Below the pieces are notes generated by a model. That model searched no databases. It was not told the origin of the DNA and saw nothing but the letters and a program-made list of their open reading frames with translations. From Pseudomonas phage SM1: a stretch of DNA of 64,000 nt. A program made the position numbers and the translations under genes. Positions 54,857-63,984 of the stretch are shown one piece after another; the stretch's first letter is position 1, and each line of letters begins with the position of its first letter. The DNA is taken from the sequence record NC_041877.1, one strand, 5' to 3'.

Positions 54857-55684
54857 ATGTCTGATGTACTTGAGCCCTTCTATCGGACGGGCCGCACCAC
54901 CCGAGCGCTACACTACGTCGCCATGTGCGCGGTCGAAGGCCAGAAGATTGCCTTTCACTGCCCCAATAAAGAGTCTACTTCGCTTAGCGTCCAAGCTTTC
55001 ATGGGGCTTCTCTGCGCCTCATTTGTACGTTACGAGGCCAAACAGCTAGACAAGGGATACCTATTCGGTACCCACGAGATCACGGTGATAGACGACGTAG
55101 GCCGCTCTCGTGGCTCAGTCGCGTTCTTCACATACCGCAACGGCAGTCTAGGGCCTGACGGTAATCACCGGGAGCTTAGCGAATTCAAGAACGTCTTCGA
55201 TCCGTCCTGCTTCGAGCAGGACCCAAGACTGAGGAAGATTCTCTACGCATACCATGCCTTCGACGATCAGAACGAAACCACGACTCCACGCAACGTGCGC
55301 AACGCTATGTCGGCGCAGAAGGGTCTGCGGGGTAACTCCAGCATCCGCGACGACGGTGCGTATTGGGAGCGCCGTATCGTTCGCAAACTCGCTGAGGCTG
55401 GCGTCAAGGATGTTGTACCGGGCAAGAACAAGGTAGACGACATCGGCTATGGCCATCGTTTCTCCATTCCGTTCAATGCGGCCACATCGCTATCGATTCC
55501 GGACGAAGCAGCCAAAGGCGAGTACCTCCCCGACTGGCAGGCCTGCCTGGGCATCTCCAACGAGCCGCCGGTACACGAGGCCCTGTCCAACTTCTCCGAA
55601 GACCAAACCGAGAATAACGCTGTGTGCGTGATTCGGGCTATTGTTACTTCCATCCGGGCCCGAATCTTCAAGGCGTTTCCCTGA
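54857..55684 (+). CDS. hypothetical protein
   Basis: 275-aa ORF with RBS gaggatcggaaa-ATG, after a 700-bp noncoding region. Confidence 0.45.
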   Translation: MSDVLEPFYRTGRTTRALHYVAMCAVEGQKIAFHCPNKESTSLSVQAFMGLLCASFVRYEAKQLDKGYLFGTHEITVIDDVGRSRGSVAFFTYRNGSLGPDGNHRELSEFKNVFDPSCFEQDPRLRKILYAYHAFDDQNETTTPRNVRNAMSAQKGLRGNSSIRDDGAYWERRIVRKLAEAGVKDVVPGKNKVDDIGYGHRFSIPFNAATSLSIPDEAAKGEYLPDWQACLGISNEPPVHEALSNFSEDQTENNAVCVIRAIVTSIRARIFKAFP

Positions 55685-55733
55685 GCGATGGAATGGAAGT
55701 ACGTACTCTGATTGAGAATGCCAACGACGAGAC

Positions 55734-56045
55734 ATGCCTATGACCGACCACGCAGAGTTGCGGAGGCTTGCTGAACAGGCTAGCTATTTCGATATAACTA
55801 CGGATTGGATGTTCAAGCCAGTTATAGCCTTTCAAAAAGCATCCGACCCCAAGATCGTCCTCGCCCTTCTGGACGAGATCGACAGGCTCAAGTCAGAAAA
55901 CGATGCGCTGCGCAAGGATGCTGCGCGATACCGCGCATTGCGGCAGGAGGGTCGTGGAGTTGTAGTTGTACGAGACCGAGTATCTCATTTGTTCGAAAAC
56001 AAGCTCGACGCTGCAATTGATGCAATCATAGAAGGAGATAAGTAG
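55734..56045 (+). CDS. hypothetical protein
   Basis: 103-aa ORF. Confidence 0.4.
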   Translation: MPMTDHAELRRLAEQASYFDITTDWMFKPVIAFQKASDPKIVLALLDEIDRLKSENDALRKDAARYRALRQEGRGVVVVRDRVSHLFENKLDAAIDAIIEGDK

Positions 56046-58054
56046 TGGCTGATCAAGAGAATACTCAACCTACCCAAAGGGAAGGGTTGTGTGGGCCTAC
56101 GATAGTAGCCTATTTGCTCGTTAGACCGGATGGAAGCCTGTCGATGGATGCAGTCAGGCACAAGCCGAAACAACCCGCCGTTGCAGTTATGGCCGTAGAT
56201 GAGCACGCTGCTAGTGTTGCCAGATGGGCAGAAATGTTCAATCGTGCTATTGAAGGGCATGGGCATGTTTTTCCGCGTGCGGATGGAGTAAAGATGCGGT
56301 GCGGCGGCCCTGGGCTCTGCTCGAAATGCACTGCCGACGCTTCTCTCGTCCATCCGTGCCCGGCACATCCTGCGGTAGAGCAGGCAGGCGGAGATGCGCG
56401 CAAACTGTCAGACCTCGGTAACGAATTGCACAACCTTTCGTGCTCGATCATTCACGAAAACGAGGAATGGGCTGAACAGATCGGCGGCATTGCCCGCGAG
56501 CTTTGGAATTGGCCACAAGCCCGCGCTGCCCTGGCGCACGACGAACAAGAACAGGCAGCACATGAACTCAGGCTGCTGGCAAACGCACTTGGCGAGTGCA
56601 TTCAGGCGGCTGGCATTACTGCGCCCGGAGTGCCATTGACTGGGCCGCAGCTTCTCATGTTCGCCGAAGACCTGAAGCGCGATCTGCAACGCTCCTCCCT
56701 AGCGCAACCCTCCCCGAAGTGCGCGACCTGCAACGGCTCGAAAGTCGTTTCCACGACGGACACCGATCACAACGGCGACTACATCGAAGCGCCCTGTCCG
56801 AAGTGCTGCGGCACTGGCGAAGCAGATTCCGGTGGCGCCCACCCATGGGGAGAGCCGGTCTTGATCCCCTGTGACTGCGAGACAGAGCAGGCAGAGCCGG
56901 AACTGGAGCCGCATATACCTGCACAGAACATCGCTGAGGCCGCAATAGAGCAGTTGATTAAGTCTGGCGCCAAACACTATCAGGAATTCCATTTCGACCT
57001 CCACCTTGATGGTCAGGAAGGGGCACGCCCTGTTGTCGTGACAGTAGCGTTTTCTGATGGGCCGTCTGCGCACGAACTACGCATGAAAGCAGAGCAAGAG
57101 CGCGACGCCGCTCTGGCCGAAGTCGAGCGCCTGAGTGAGTCAAAAGGTGACCCTGTTGGCAGCCTCGAAAAGTGCATGAAAGTGATGTACGAGCGCGACG
57201 AAAACGCTAAGCGGCTGGAAGCCGCCCTGGCCAGGGTGGCGGAGTTGGAAGGGAAGTTGACGGACTGGGTGCACGAAGGGTTCCGGCTCAACGAGGCGCT
57301 AGCGGTCGCCAAGGCTCAGCACAGCGTGCCGGATGACGACATGATCTTGCAGATTTTTGCCGATAATGCTGAGCACTCGGAGCAAGGCGACGAGCATGGT
57401 TACTGTATCGTGCGCGAACAGCATGCTCAAGCAATTGCGCGAAAACTGCTCGCCGCCGCGCCCGGCAACTCGGCTCAGCACAGCGTACCGGAGGGCTGGA
57501 AGCTGGTTCCGATTGAGCCGCTTCTCAACATGATGAGCGACAAGGACCACGACACCCGAATTACGGCTGAGCGCCAACTGCTTTCGATACTCGCCGACGC
57601 GCCCGCCCAGGCTCAGCACAGCGCGCCGGAAGTGTCAGGGATCGGACGCGACACTGGTCATCCGCGCGCGGTCGTTCTGTACCTACGCAAGGAGCCGACC
57701 GACGATGATCTGCGAGCCATCCATGATGCTCTGCGCTCTCTCGCCGCCGCGCCCGGCAAGGAAGTGCCACAGGCATGGCTCGACGTGCAGGCAGAGCGCC
57801 GCCGGCAGATCACCGCCGAGGGATGGACGCCGGAGCACGACGACCTCTATTGCGCCGCCGAACTTCCGCGCGCCGCAGCGGCATACATCCTCAACGGAGC
57901 CAATGACGAGGCGCCGGCTATCTGGCCGTTCTCGGCGAAGTGGTGGAAACCCCGCGACGCGCGTGCCAACTACGTGCGGGCAGCCGCCCTGATCCTGGCC
58001 GAGATCGAGCGACTGGACCGCGCCGCGCCCGGTAAGGATGTAGGCCATGAGTAA
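56045..58054 (+). CDS. DnaJ-type CxxCxGxG zinc-finger protein with C-terminal tandem repeats (AAAPG..AQHSVPE)
   Basis: CATCNGSKVV...CPKCCGTGE is a DnaJ-CR-like motif. Three to four repeats of about 45 aa (AQHSVP / AAAPGK) are also visible at the DNA level. Confidence 0.5.
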   Translation: MADQENTQPTQREGLCGPTIVAYLLVRPDGSLSMDAVRHKPKQPAVAVMAVDEHAASVARWAEMFNRAIEGHGHVFPRADGVKMRCGGPGLCSKCTADASLVHPCPAHPAVEQAGGDARKLSDLGNELHNLSCSIIHENEEWAEQIGGIARELWNWPQARAALAHDEQEQAAHELRLLANALGECIQAAGITAPGVPLTGPQLLMFAEDLKRDLQRSSLAQPSPKCATCNGSKVVSTTDTDHNGDYIEAPCPKCCGTGEADSGGAHPWGEPVLIPCDCETEQAEPELEPHIPAQNIAEAAIEQLIKSGAKHYQEFHFDLHLDGQEGARPVVVTVAFSDGPSAHELRMKAEQERDAALAEVERLSESKGDPVGSLEKCMKVMYERDENAKRLEAALARVAELEGKLTDWVHEGFRLNEALAVAKAQHSVPDDDMILQIFADNAEHSEQGDEHGYCIVREQHAQAIARKLLAAAPGNSAQHSVPEGWKLVPIEPLLNMMSDKDHDTRITAERQLLSILADAPAQAQHSAPEVSGIGRDTGHPRAVVLYLRKEPTDDDLRAIHDALRSLAAAPGKEVPQAWLDVQAERRRQITAEGWTPEHDDLYCAAELPRAAAAYILNGANDEAPAIWPFSAKWWKPRDARANYVRAAALILAEIERLDRAAPGKDVGHE

Positions 58055-58370
58055 AGTGAAGCGATTCTACGCCCCTGGCCTGGATTGCCTTTACCGCAGC
58101 GATGCAGACGCACCCCGGCAACTGATTGCTCTGGTTCTGGGGTCGGATTACGACGCACTCGCCGCCAAGCTGGCCATGGCCGAGGACGCAGCAGCAAAGG
58201 GAGATGCTGCTCGCCAGCAATGCGGCGGAATGGGGATGGAGATCGAGGAACTTCGCGCTGAACTAGCGGAACTGCGCGCAAGGGTGGTGGTTTTGCCGGA
58301 GCCGTTGAACGAAGGCGATGCTCGACGAGAATGCGGGGGAGTACGGAGCGGCCATGCAGCGTGGATATAA
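58047..58370 (+). CDS. hypothetical protein
   Basis: ORF overlapping the upstream stop. Confidence 0.35.
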   Translation: MSKVKRFYAPGLDCLYRSDADAPRQLIALVLGSDYDALAAKLAMAEDAAAKGDAARQQCGGMGMEIEELRAELAELRARVVVLPEPLNEGDARRECGGVRSGHAAWI

Positions 58371-58545
58371 CGCATGCCTGCGCGAACTGGCGCGCATCAA
58401 CGGTATGACGGTCAGCGAAGGACTACTGCGACGTACTTTGGAGTTCGTCAAGGTTACCAATTGCAAGGGCTCTATCCCGCTCGGACTGATCGAAGAGTTG
58501 AGCGAGCTGCTCGGTGAGGTGAATGATGTCAGCCGTACTAAGTGA
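58318..58545 (+). CDS. hypothetical protein
   Basis: 75-aa ORF. Overlaps neighbours, so uncertain. Confidence 0.3.
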   Translation: MLDENAGEYGAAMQRGYNACLRELARINGMTVSEGLLRRTLEFVKVTNCKGSIPLGLIEELSELLGEVNDVSRTK

Positions 58546-59038
58546 ATGTGGTTTGTACCGCTACCGGCTAGAACGGAGTGTAAACCTTGGCCGCCCATTT
58601 GAGCCTAGGTCAGTCGCCTTCATAGGGGTCAATCCCTCTACTGCCGATGCTGTATCAGATGACCCTACTATCCGGAAGATGGTCGGCTTCGCCCGGCAAT
58701 GGGGCTATAGCCGTATCCTTGTCGGTAATCTGTTTGCTTACCGCGCGGCAGATGTGCGGGAGTTGCGTCGAGTCTATCTCGATCCGTTCGGGGCCGGAAC
58801 TCTGTTCGAAACCGAGTCTGTCTATCTGCTTGATATTTTGCAAGAAGCGGAGCTGTTGGTACCTTGCTGGGGTGATCGTAAAAAGCTTCCCAGGGTGTTG
58901 CGTGAGCGTGTTATTGACGTTCTCAGCATGCTGCGCCAGCAGCTTAAGCCTGTTTGCCATCTTGGCTTGACCGCTGGGGGAGACCCCAAACACCCGCTCT
59001 ATCTACCATACTCTACGGAGCTACAGCTATGGGAGTGA
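58523..59038 (+). CDS. DUF1643-like protein
   Basis: YRYRLERS...AFIGVNPSTADAVSDDPTIRKMVGFARQWGYSRILVGNLFAYRAADVRELR matches my recollection of the DUF1643 N-terminal signature (LNPSTAD..DDPT..). Not checked against a database. Confidence 0.5.
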   Translation: MMSAVLSECGLYRYRLERSVNLGRPFEPRSVAFIGVNPSTADAVSDDPTIRKMVGFARQWGYSRILVGNLFAYRAADVRELRRVYLDPFGAGTLFETESVYLLDILQEAELLVPCWGDRKKLPRVLRERVIDVLSMLRQQLKPVCHLGLTAGGDPKHPLYLPYSTELQLWE

Positions 59039-59454
59039 TAAAGAAAATAGTCGGTAAGGTTACAATCGCACGTAACTCCAATGGCCGTATGAGCATTCAA
59101 GTAGTCGATAGCGCGTCTAAGCTTCAAGTGATCGATATAGACATGGACTTGACTTTGTTCGCTATGGCCCTTACGGGCATTGCCCGCCAAGAGGCAGAAT
59201 GTGAAGTCAACATCGATCCGGACATTGGCCAGCTTCTGGTTCGGGAACCGCGCAGCGTGGTAGTGCCCGGTAGTGTACCTACTGAGCAGCGGGAAAAATA
59301 CTTGTTGGAGCATTGTAAAGAGGATGGCTGGCGTGTAGACCCGTATCTGCGTTCTCAGAACTCTGTACAGCACGTACCAGAGGGTGTGCGTTTGAACTAC
59401 CACGTATACAAGTATGTGGATTCCGTTGCTTCTCGGAAAAGAATCAGGCGGTAG
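59029..59454 (+). CDS. hypothetical protein
   Basis: RBS ggagctacagct-ATG. Its stop codon overlaps the first base of a motif copy. Confidence 0.4.
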   Translation: MGVIKKIVGKVTIARNSNGRMSIQVVDSASKLQVIDIDMDLTLFAMALTGIARQEAECEVNIDPDIGQLLVREPRSVVVPGSVPTEQREKYLLEHCKEDGWRVDPYLRSQNSVQHVPEGVRLNYHVYKYVDSVASRKRIRR

Positions 59455-59469
59455 TGCAAACGCTTGCAC
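59454..59469. promoter_or_regulatory. motif copy GTGCAAACGCTTGCAC overlapping stop of 59029 gene; followed by TTGCACTAGGTCT extension
   Basis: Same family. Confidence 0.8.
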
Positions 59470-59592
59470 TAGGTCTGTGTAGCTATACGTAGTTTGCAAT
59501 ACAGCATAGTCTAGACCGTATCTAGAATCCGTCGTTGGACCCCAGCCGGGCGGGGCAAGGCCCGGCAACTATTACGAACCGAGGAAATAGAC

Positions 59593-60033
59593 ATGACTGT
59601 AAGCAAAAAGAAAGGGGTAGGCGCGAGTCTGGTCCGGTCGAACCTGAGCGAGGAGGAAGCGAAGGATGCTGCGGCTGCCTTACAAAATGTGGTCTTCGTC
59701 CCGTCAGGCGGACCGTACCTGCGCCATGGCCACCCCTACGCTCTTCGTTGCGATGAAGATGGCGATGGTACCTTTATTTACATTCGTGACGAAAAAGACG
59801 ACAATGTAGACCTCCGGTGCGTGCCGGAATCCGGCGATATTCGGACCTACTGCGGTAAGTTCTATCTTCAAGAAGTCTGGGACGAGATAGAGCGAGAATC
59901 CGACCCGGATAAAAACGAACTGAGCCAGATGAGTTCCGACGAACTGATGGCTCTGTATAAGGACTGCGAGAAGCGTATGACCATTGCGAAAAACTTGCTT
60001 ACTCGCCGTCTTTCCGGTATTTTATCGAAGTAG
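59593..60033 (+). CDS. hypothetical protein
   Basis: RBS gaggaaataga-ATG. Followed by a strong terminator. Confidence 0.45.
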   Translation: MTVSKKKGVGASLVRSNLSEEEAKDAAAALQNVVFVPSGGPYLRHGHPYALRCDEDGDGTFIYIRDEKDDNVDLRCVPESGDIRTYCGKFYLQEVWDEIERESDPDKNELSQMSSDELMALYKDCEKRMTIAKNLLTRRLSGILSK

Positions 60034-60046
60034 TTTGTTTTGACAT

Positions 60047-60073
60047 AAAGCCCCGTTCGCTCGGGGCTTTTTT
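60047..60073 (+). terminator. rho-independent terminator AAAGCCCCG-ttcgct-CGGGGCTTTTTT
   Basis: GC hairpin plus T6. Confidence 0.7.
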
Positions 60074-60124
60074 ATGCCTGGGATTTGAGCTACTGTATGG
60101 ACCATTTACAGGAGGAGATACGTT

Positions 60125-60445
60125 ATGAATGGCCCAACGATGTGCCACACCCGTGGCGATAGCTTTGTTGTACAGGGCCGGGTGAGCCAGGATGGAATTC
60201 CAGTAGATATCACGGACTGGGTTATTCGTTCCCAAGTCCGCAATGGTAGTGAAGTGGTTGCGGAGCTGGTTATCTCGATGACGGATGCGACCAAAGGTCT
60301 GTATCGAGCGGAGGCTTTGGATACCACGAACTGGCCGTTGGTCACATTGGATATCGACATCCACTATGCCATGCCCGGAGGCTACAAGTACACCACGCCG
60401 ACCGGGAAGGTGGCTGTAAAGCCGGGGGGTTATTATGCCCCTTGA
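60125..60445 (+). CDS. hypothetical protein (tail-fibre locus)
   Basis: RBS ggaggagatacgtt-ATG. Confidence 0.4.
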   Translation: MNGPTMCHTRGDSFVVQGRVSQDGIPVDITDWVIRSQVRNGSEVVAELVISMTDATKGLYRAEALDTTNWPLVTLDIDIHYAMPGGYKYTTPTGKVAVKPGGYYAP

Positions 60446-60725
60446 GATGACGCTCATACCGGTGATGCGGTACGAAACAGCTTGGACACTGGGAGATGGG
60501 GCGGTGGTCCAATTTGGTCCGGCCCTAGAGCCGATGATCCTGCTGACTGAGGTATCTGTAGGCCCTCCTGGGCCGCCGGGCAAGGACGGAAATATAGACA
60601 ATTTGGAGGCGGCGATAAGCACAGACCCTGGGAACAATCTGGCGCTGGGCTCCGATAGTAAGTTGTACACTCCGGACGACATAGCGTCCGATCCACTCGC
60701 ATATTACATACTCGCAAAGGGGTAA
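60435..60725 (+). CDS. hypothetical protein with short collagen-like GPPGPPGKDG segment
   Basis: Overlaps the upstream gene. Collagen-like triplets are typical of tail-fibre-associated proteins. Confidence 0.4.
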   Translation: MPLEMTLIPVMRYETAWTLGDGAVVQFGPALEPMILLTEVSVGPPGPPGKDGNIDNLEAAISTDPGNNLALGSDSKLYTPDDIASDPLAYYILAKG

Positions 60726-60729
60726 TGCC

Positions 60730-61413
60730 ATGAGTCTCGAAACTAAACTCAATCAGCTCGCTACGGCAGTCGGTACCGATGTCAAAGGTATTTTAGTGTC
60801 TATTGGCAATCTGGCAGACCTGGGCATCACTCCCACTCCTGCTAGTTTGGTCGCCGCTCTACTCCTGTATAAAGCTGATATCGATGGCAACACGAACAGC
60901 ATAGGCGACCTCAGTGCCCTGACCACGACGGCTAAGAGCAACCTCGTAGCCGCGATCAACGAAGTAAAAAGTCTGATCGGGCAGTCTGGCGCGGTGATCG
61001 ACGATAACGCTGGCATCGGCGACACGGACGTAACTTGGTCTGCCGACAAGTCAGCTACGGAACTCGCTGGTAAATTGGCCATCACCAGCAAAGCCACTGG
61101 CGACGACGTGATTGCAGGTACCGATGACGTTAAGTACACCACATCCAAAGCTGTCGCTGCGGGTATCGCCAAGGCAGTAGGTGATCTGGTAAATGGCGCG
61201 CCCGAGGTACTGGATACTCTGAAAGAGCTGGCTGACGCCCTCGGCAACGATCCTAACTACGCGGCCACTATCGCAGAGGCGTTGGGCAAGCGTGTACGGG
61301 TAGACGCAGCGCAGACTTTCACCACCGCCGAGAAGCTTCAAGGTTGTCAGAATCTGGGTGTTGGCGACCCAGAGCAGGACCTCGTAGCCGTATATAATGC
61401 AGCTAAGGCGTAA
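60730..61413 (+). CDS. tail fibre protein (N-terminal anchor-type)
   Basis: The N-terminus (KLNQLATAV..., NLVAAINEVKSL) resembles conserved phage tail-fibre N-terminal domains. A/G/T-rich. Confidence 0.5.
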   Translation: MSLETKLNQLATAVGTDVKGILVSIGNLADLGITPTPASLVAALLLYKADIDGNTNSIGDLSALTTTAKSNLVAAINEVKSLIGQSGAVIDDNAGIGDTDVTWSADKSATELAGKLAITSKATGDDVIAGTDDVKYTTSKAVAAGIAKAVGDLVNGAPEVLDTLKELADALGNDPNYAATIAEALGKRVRVDAAQTFTTAEKLQGCQNLGVGDPEQDLVAVYNAAKA

Positions 61414-61418
61414 CAACT

Positions 61419-63149
61419 ATGAGCCTCGCACAACGTCTATCAGCACTAGCCCAGGCGATAGCTCAGGATGTAAAAAACATCATCCTTAACTATCGTTTGA
61501 AGACCGATCTGTACGAGGAGAAGACTACTGCGGTAACAGTGGCACCTTCTACTTTCGACCAAGTTAAGCAGGCTCGATGGCTAAAGGCGACCTGGGCGCC
61601 CTCTTCTGCCAGCAATGGAGGGGTAGTAGCTGCTGACTTCGTAGATATGATCTTCAACGGGGCTAACGGAAGCGTAACTGGGGGCGGCCACTACGTTGGC
61701 CGCTTTACCTATTTGCAAGCGATTGGCGGCGGCGCGCTCGATCAAGGCTTTCTCGAAGAGCATCGAGTAGGCGTCCGCAACAGCACTACGGTAAACACGG
61801 TCATAGGACGTAAGTGGGTTATCGATAAGAACTCGGAAGCTAGCGGTACTATAGGCAAGTTGGCGTTGGAGGTATTCGACGACATGCGCGCCGATGTCAG
61901 TTACGTGCAGCGATTCACTCGCGAGTTCTTAGACCCGCGTATGGTTACGTTACATGCTGGCGGGGTAATACAGACTGGAGTCATCATAGGGGACGAAACT
62001 ACAACAGTCTCCATTGCGGACTATTGGTCAGGTAAGTCTGTCTACCTCAATAGTGCCAGTAATCGAACTCTATCGGTACCTGCCTCGATCACTGAAGGCT
62101 TCTCTTTGAAGCTGATCCAGGGATCGTTAGGTGGTAAATGGTCGATCACCGCTCCGGGCCGTACGATTCTGTCTAACACTGGAGCAACAGCCACTGTTAA
62201 CGCCTACGATATAGTCACCTTGAAGGTCTACCCCGGAGGGATAGTGTGGCTAGAGTTCGAGGCTAATCCGGCCACCAGTTACGACACTTCCAAGGTCGTG
62301 CCGATTATTAATGGCGGTACTGGCGCTACGAGTGCCGCTGCCGCGCGGTCGAATCTATTCGATACCCGTTTGCAGAACTTCAGTTCGCTATCGGGTGGCG
62401 TTGACCAACTCCCATATCAGACTGGGGCCAATACCTGGGCGCAGACCCCTCTCACCTCGGTAGGGCGGGGCGTTTTAGGTGGAAGTACAGTTGCTAACGT
62501 CCTTTCTTACCTTGGCGGCGTACCCAAAAGTCTAGCGTCTAACCGGACGGTCTCCGATCCGAATACTGTGCCGGATGAGTGTGGTTTTTACAGCATAGGT
62601 TCGAGCCCGTGGTCTAACTTACCGGCGGGCGTAGACTCTCTGAACCCCATAGGTTCAATGCTGTATCACCATCCGTACGATGCAGCTACCGCAGTTCAAA
62701 TGTTGGTGGTTCGTACATCTAACTTGATGTACTTCCGACGGCGCGCGGCTGGGTCGTGGCAGGCGTGGAACCGTGTTTTGTCGGATACTCAGCTACTCGG
62801 TATTGTCGCCCAGACTGGAGGCGTTCCTGTAGGTTCCGTGATAGAGCGTGGTAGTAACTCTAACGGCCAGTATGTTCGTTTTGCTGATGGGACTCAGATT
62901 TGCATAATTAGCTTGCTAGGGGCGAATGACCGGACTGCTGGCGTAGGCTACACGCTCACGTTGCCTGTATCTTTCACTCCAGATTGGACCGTGGGGGTAT
63001 CGGTGTCCTGGGTGTCGCACGCAACGAACCCGTCAACATACAACGGCACGCGTGTTGCTTATGCTAACGGTAACGCCTTGACGTTTATACTCTCTGAGAA
63101 CCTGACAACTAACCGATTAATTTTTACCTGCATAGGAAGGTGGTTCTAA
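61419..63149 (+). CDS. tail fibre protein (576 aa)
   Basis: N-terminus MSLAQRLSALAQAIAQDVK is paralogous in style to the start of 60730. Large G/S/T/N-rich ORF. Confidence 0.5.
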   Translation: MSLAQRLSALAQAIAQDVKNIILNYRLKTDLYEEKTTAVTVAPSTFDQVKQARWLKATWAPSSASNGGVVAADFVDMIFNGANGSVTGGGHYVGRFTYLQAIGGGALDQGFLEEHRVGVRNSTTVNTVIGRKWVIDKNSEASGTIGKLALEVFDDMRADVSYVQRFTREFLDPRMVTLHAGGVIQTGVIIGDETTTVSIADYWSGKSVYLNSASNRTLSVPASITEGFSLKLIQGSLGGKWSITAPGRTILSNTGATATVNAYDIVTLKVYPGGIVWLEFEANPATSYDTSKVVPIINGGTGATSAAAARSNLFDTRLQNFSSLSGGVDQLPYQTGANTWAQTPLTSVGRGVLGGSTVANVLSYLGGVPKSLASNRTVSDPNTVPDECGFYSIGSSPWSNLPAGVDSLNPIGSMLYHHPYDAATAVQMLVVRTSNLMYFRRRAAGSWQAWNRVLSDTQLLGIVAQTGGVPVGSVIERGSNSNGQYVRFADGTQICIISLLGANDRTAGVGYTLTLPVSFTPDWTVGVSVSWVSHATNPSTYNGTRVAYANGNALTFILSENLTTNRLIFTCIGRWF

Positions 63150-63451
63150 TGTACATAAAACTATCCCCGTACGTAGTGATCCCTGGCGACAGCACGGATA
63201 TGGAGGTTTCCGTATCTGGCGATTTGATCGCCATCAACGGTACCGACTTCGACTTTTCGCCGTTGCCGGAGGGTGCAGAGCTGCCAGCCGTAGCTACAGG
63301 CTCGGACTACTTTGAGGGCTCTATTACCCGCGTTGATGGGGAAATCCGCTTGACCTTGAAGTTGCCTATCTCCTCGGACGCAAGCGAAGAGGCGCGATTC
63401 CCGGCGCCGATTCACGTAACGTGGAGCGGTCCAGTGGAGTTGCCGAAATGA
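63140..63451 (+). CDS. hypothetical protein (possible tail fibre assembly/chaperone)
   Basis: Small ORF overlapping the fibre gene's 3' end. Confidence 0.35.
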   Translation: MVLMYIKLSPYVVIPGDSTDMEVSVSGDLIAINGTDFDFSPLPEGAELPAVATGSDYFEGSITRVDGEIRLTLKLPISSDASEEARFPAPIHVTWSGPVELPK

Positions 63452-63663
63452 CTATCGATTGGGGTCATTTGAAAACTCCCGAGGAACTGTTGGAGGAGAA
63501 GCGACAGCTTGTCAGGCAGCAGCGGAGAGAAGCCTACGGCATAGAATCACTCCCGCTGTATATGGAGGCCCAGTACGAAGCGGCCAAGACGGGACAACCT
63601 GCTGACCTAACCGAATGGGTAGCTAAGGTTGACGAAATCGTAGCGCGCTATCCGATGCCGTAG
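63421..63663 (+). CDS. hypothetical protein
   Basis: 80-aa ORF overlapping the upstream gene. Confidence 0.35.
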   Translation: MERSSGVAEMTIDWGHLKTPEELLEEKRQLVRQQRREAYGIESLPLYMEAQYEAAKTGQPADLTEWVAKVDEIVARYPMP

Positions 63664-63984
63664 AGGTAGAAAGGAAATCCTGTGTGGGCATGGACGCTCC
63701 CCTACTAAATCCTGTGTGGGCATACGCCTTCCCCTACTGTCCAGATTCTGTGTGGGCATACGGGCTCCCCTACTACACCCCAGTGCAGTTTTGTGCTTAT
63801 TCGCCGGCGTCAGTGTTCGATTACTGGCAGCTCCCGCTGGCCGCTGGGTGGTCTCCTTCTGGTTACTGGTGTTGAGCTGGTGAACTCTTCTTGTGCTACC
63901 CCACTGACTGTCAGATTTAGCTTTCTGGTAGTAGGCCTCTGGTATTCGCTCGCTGTAGCAGCACACAATCCCATATCGCGTATA

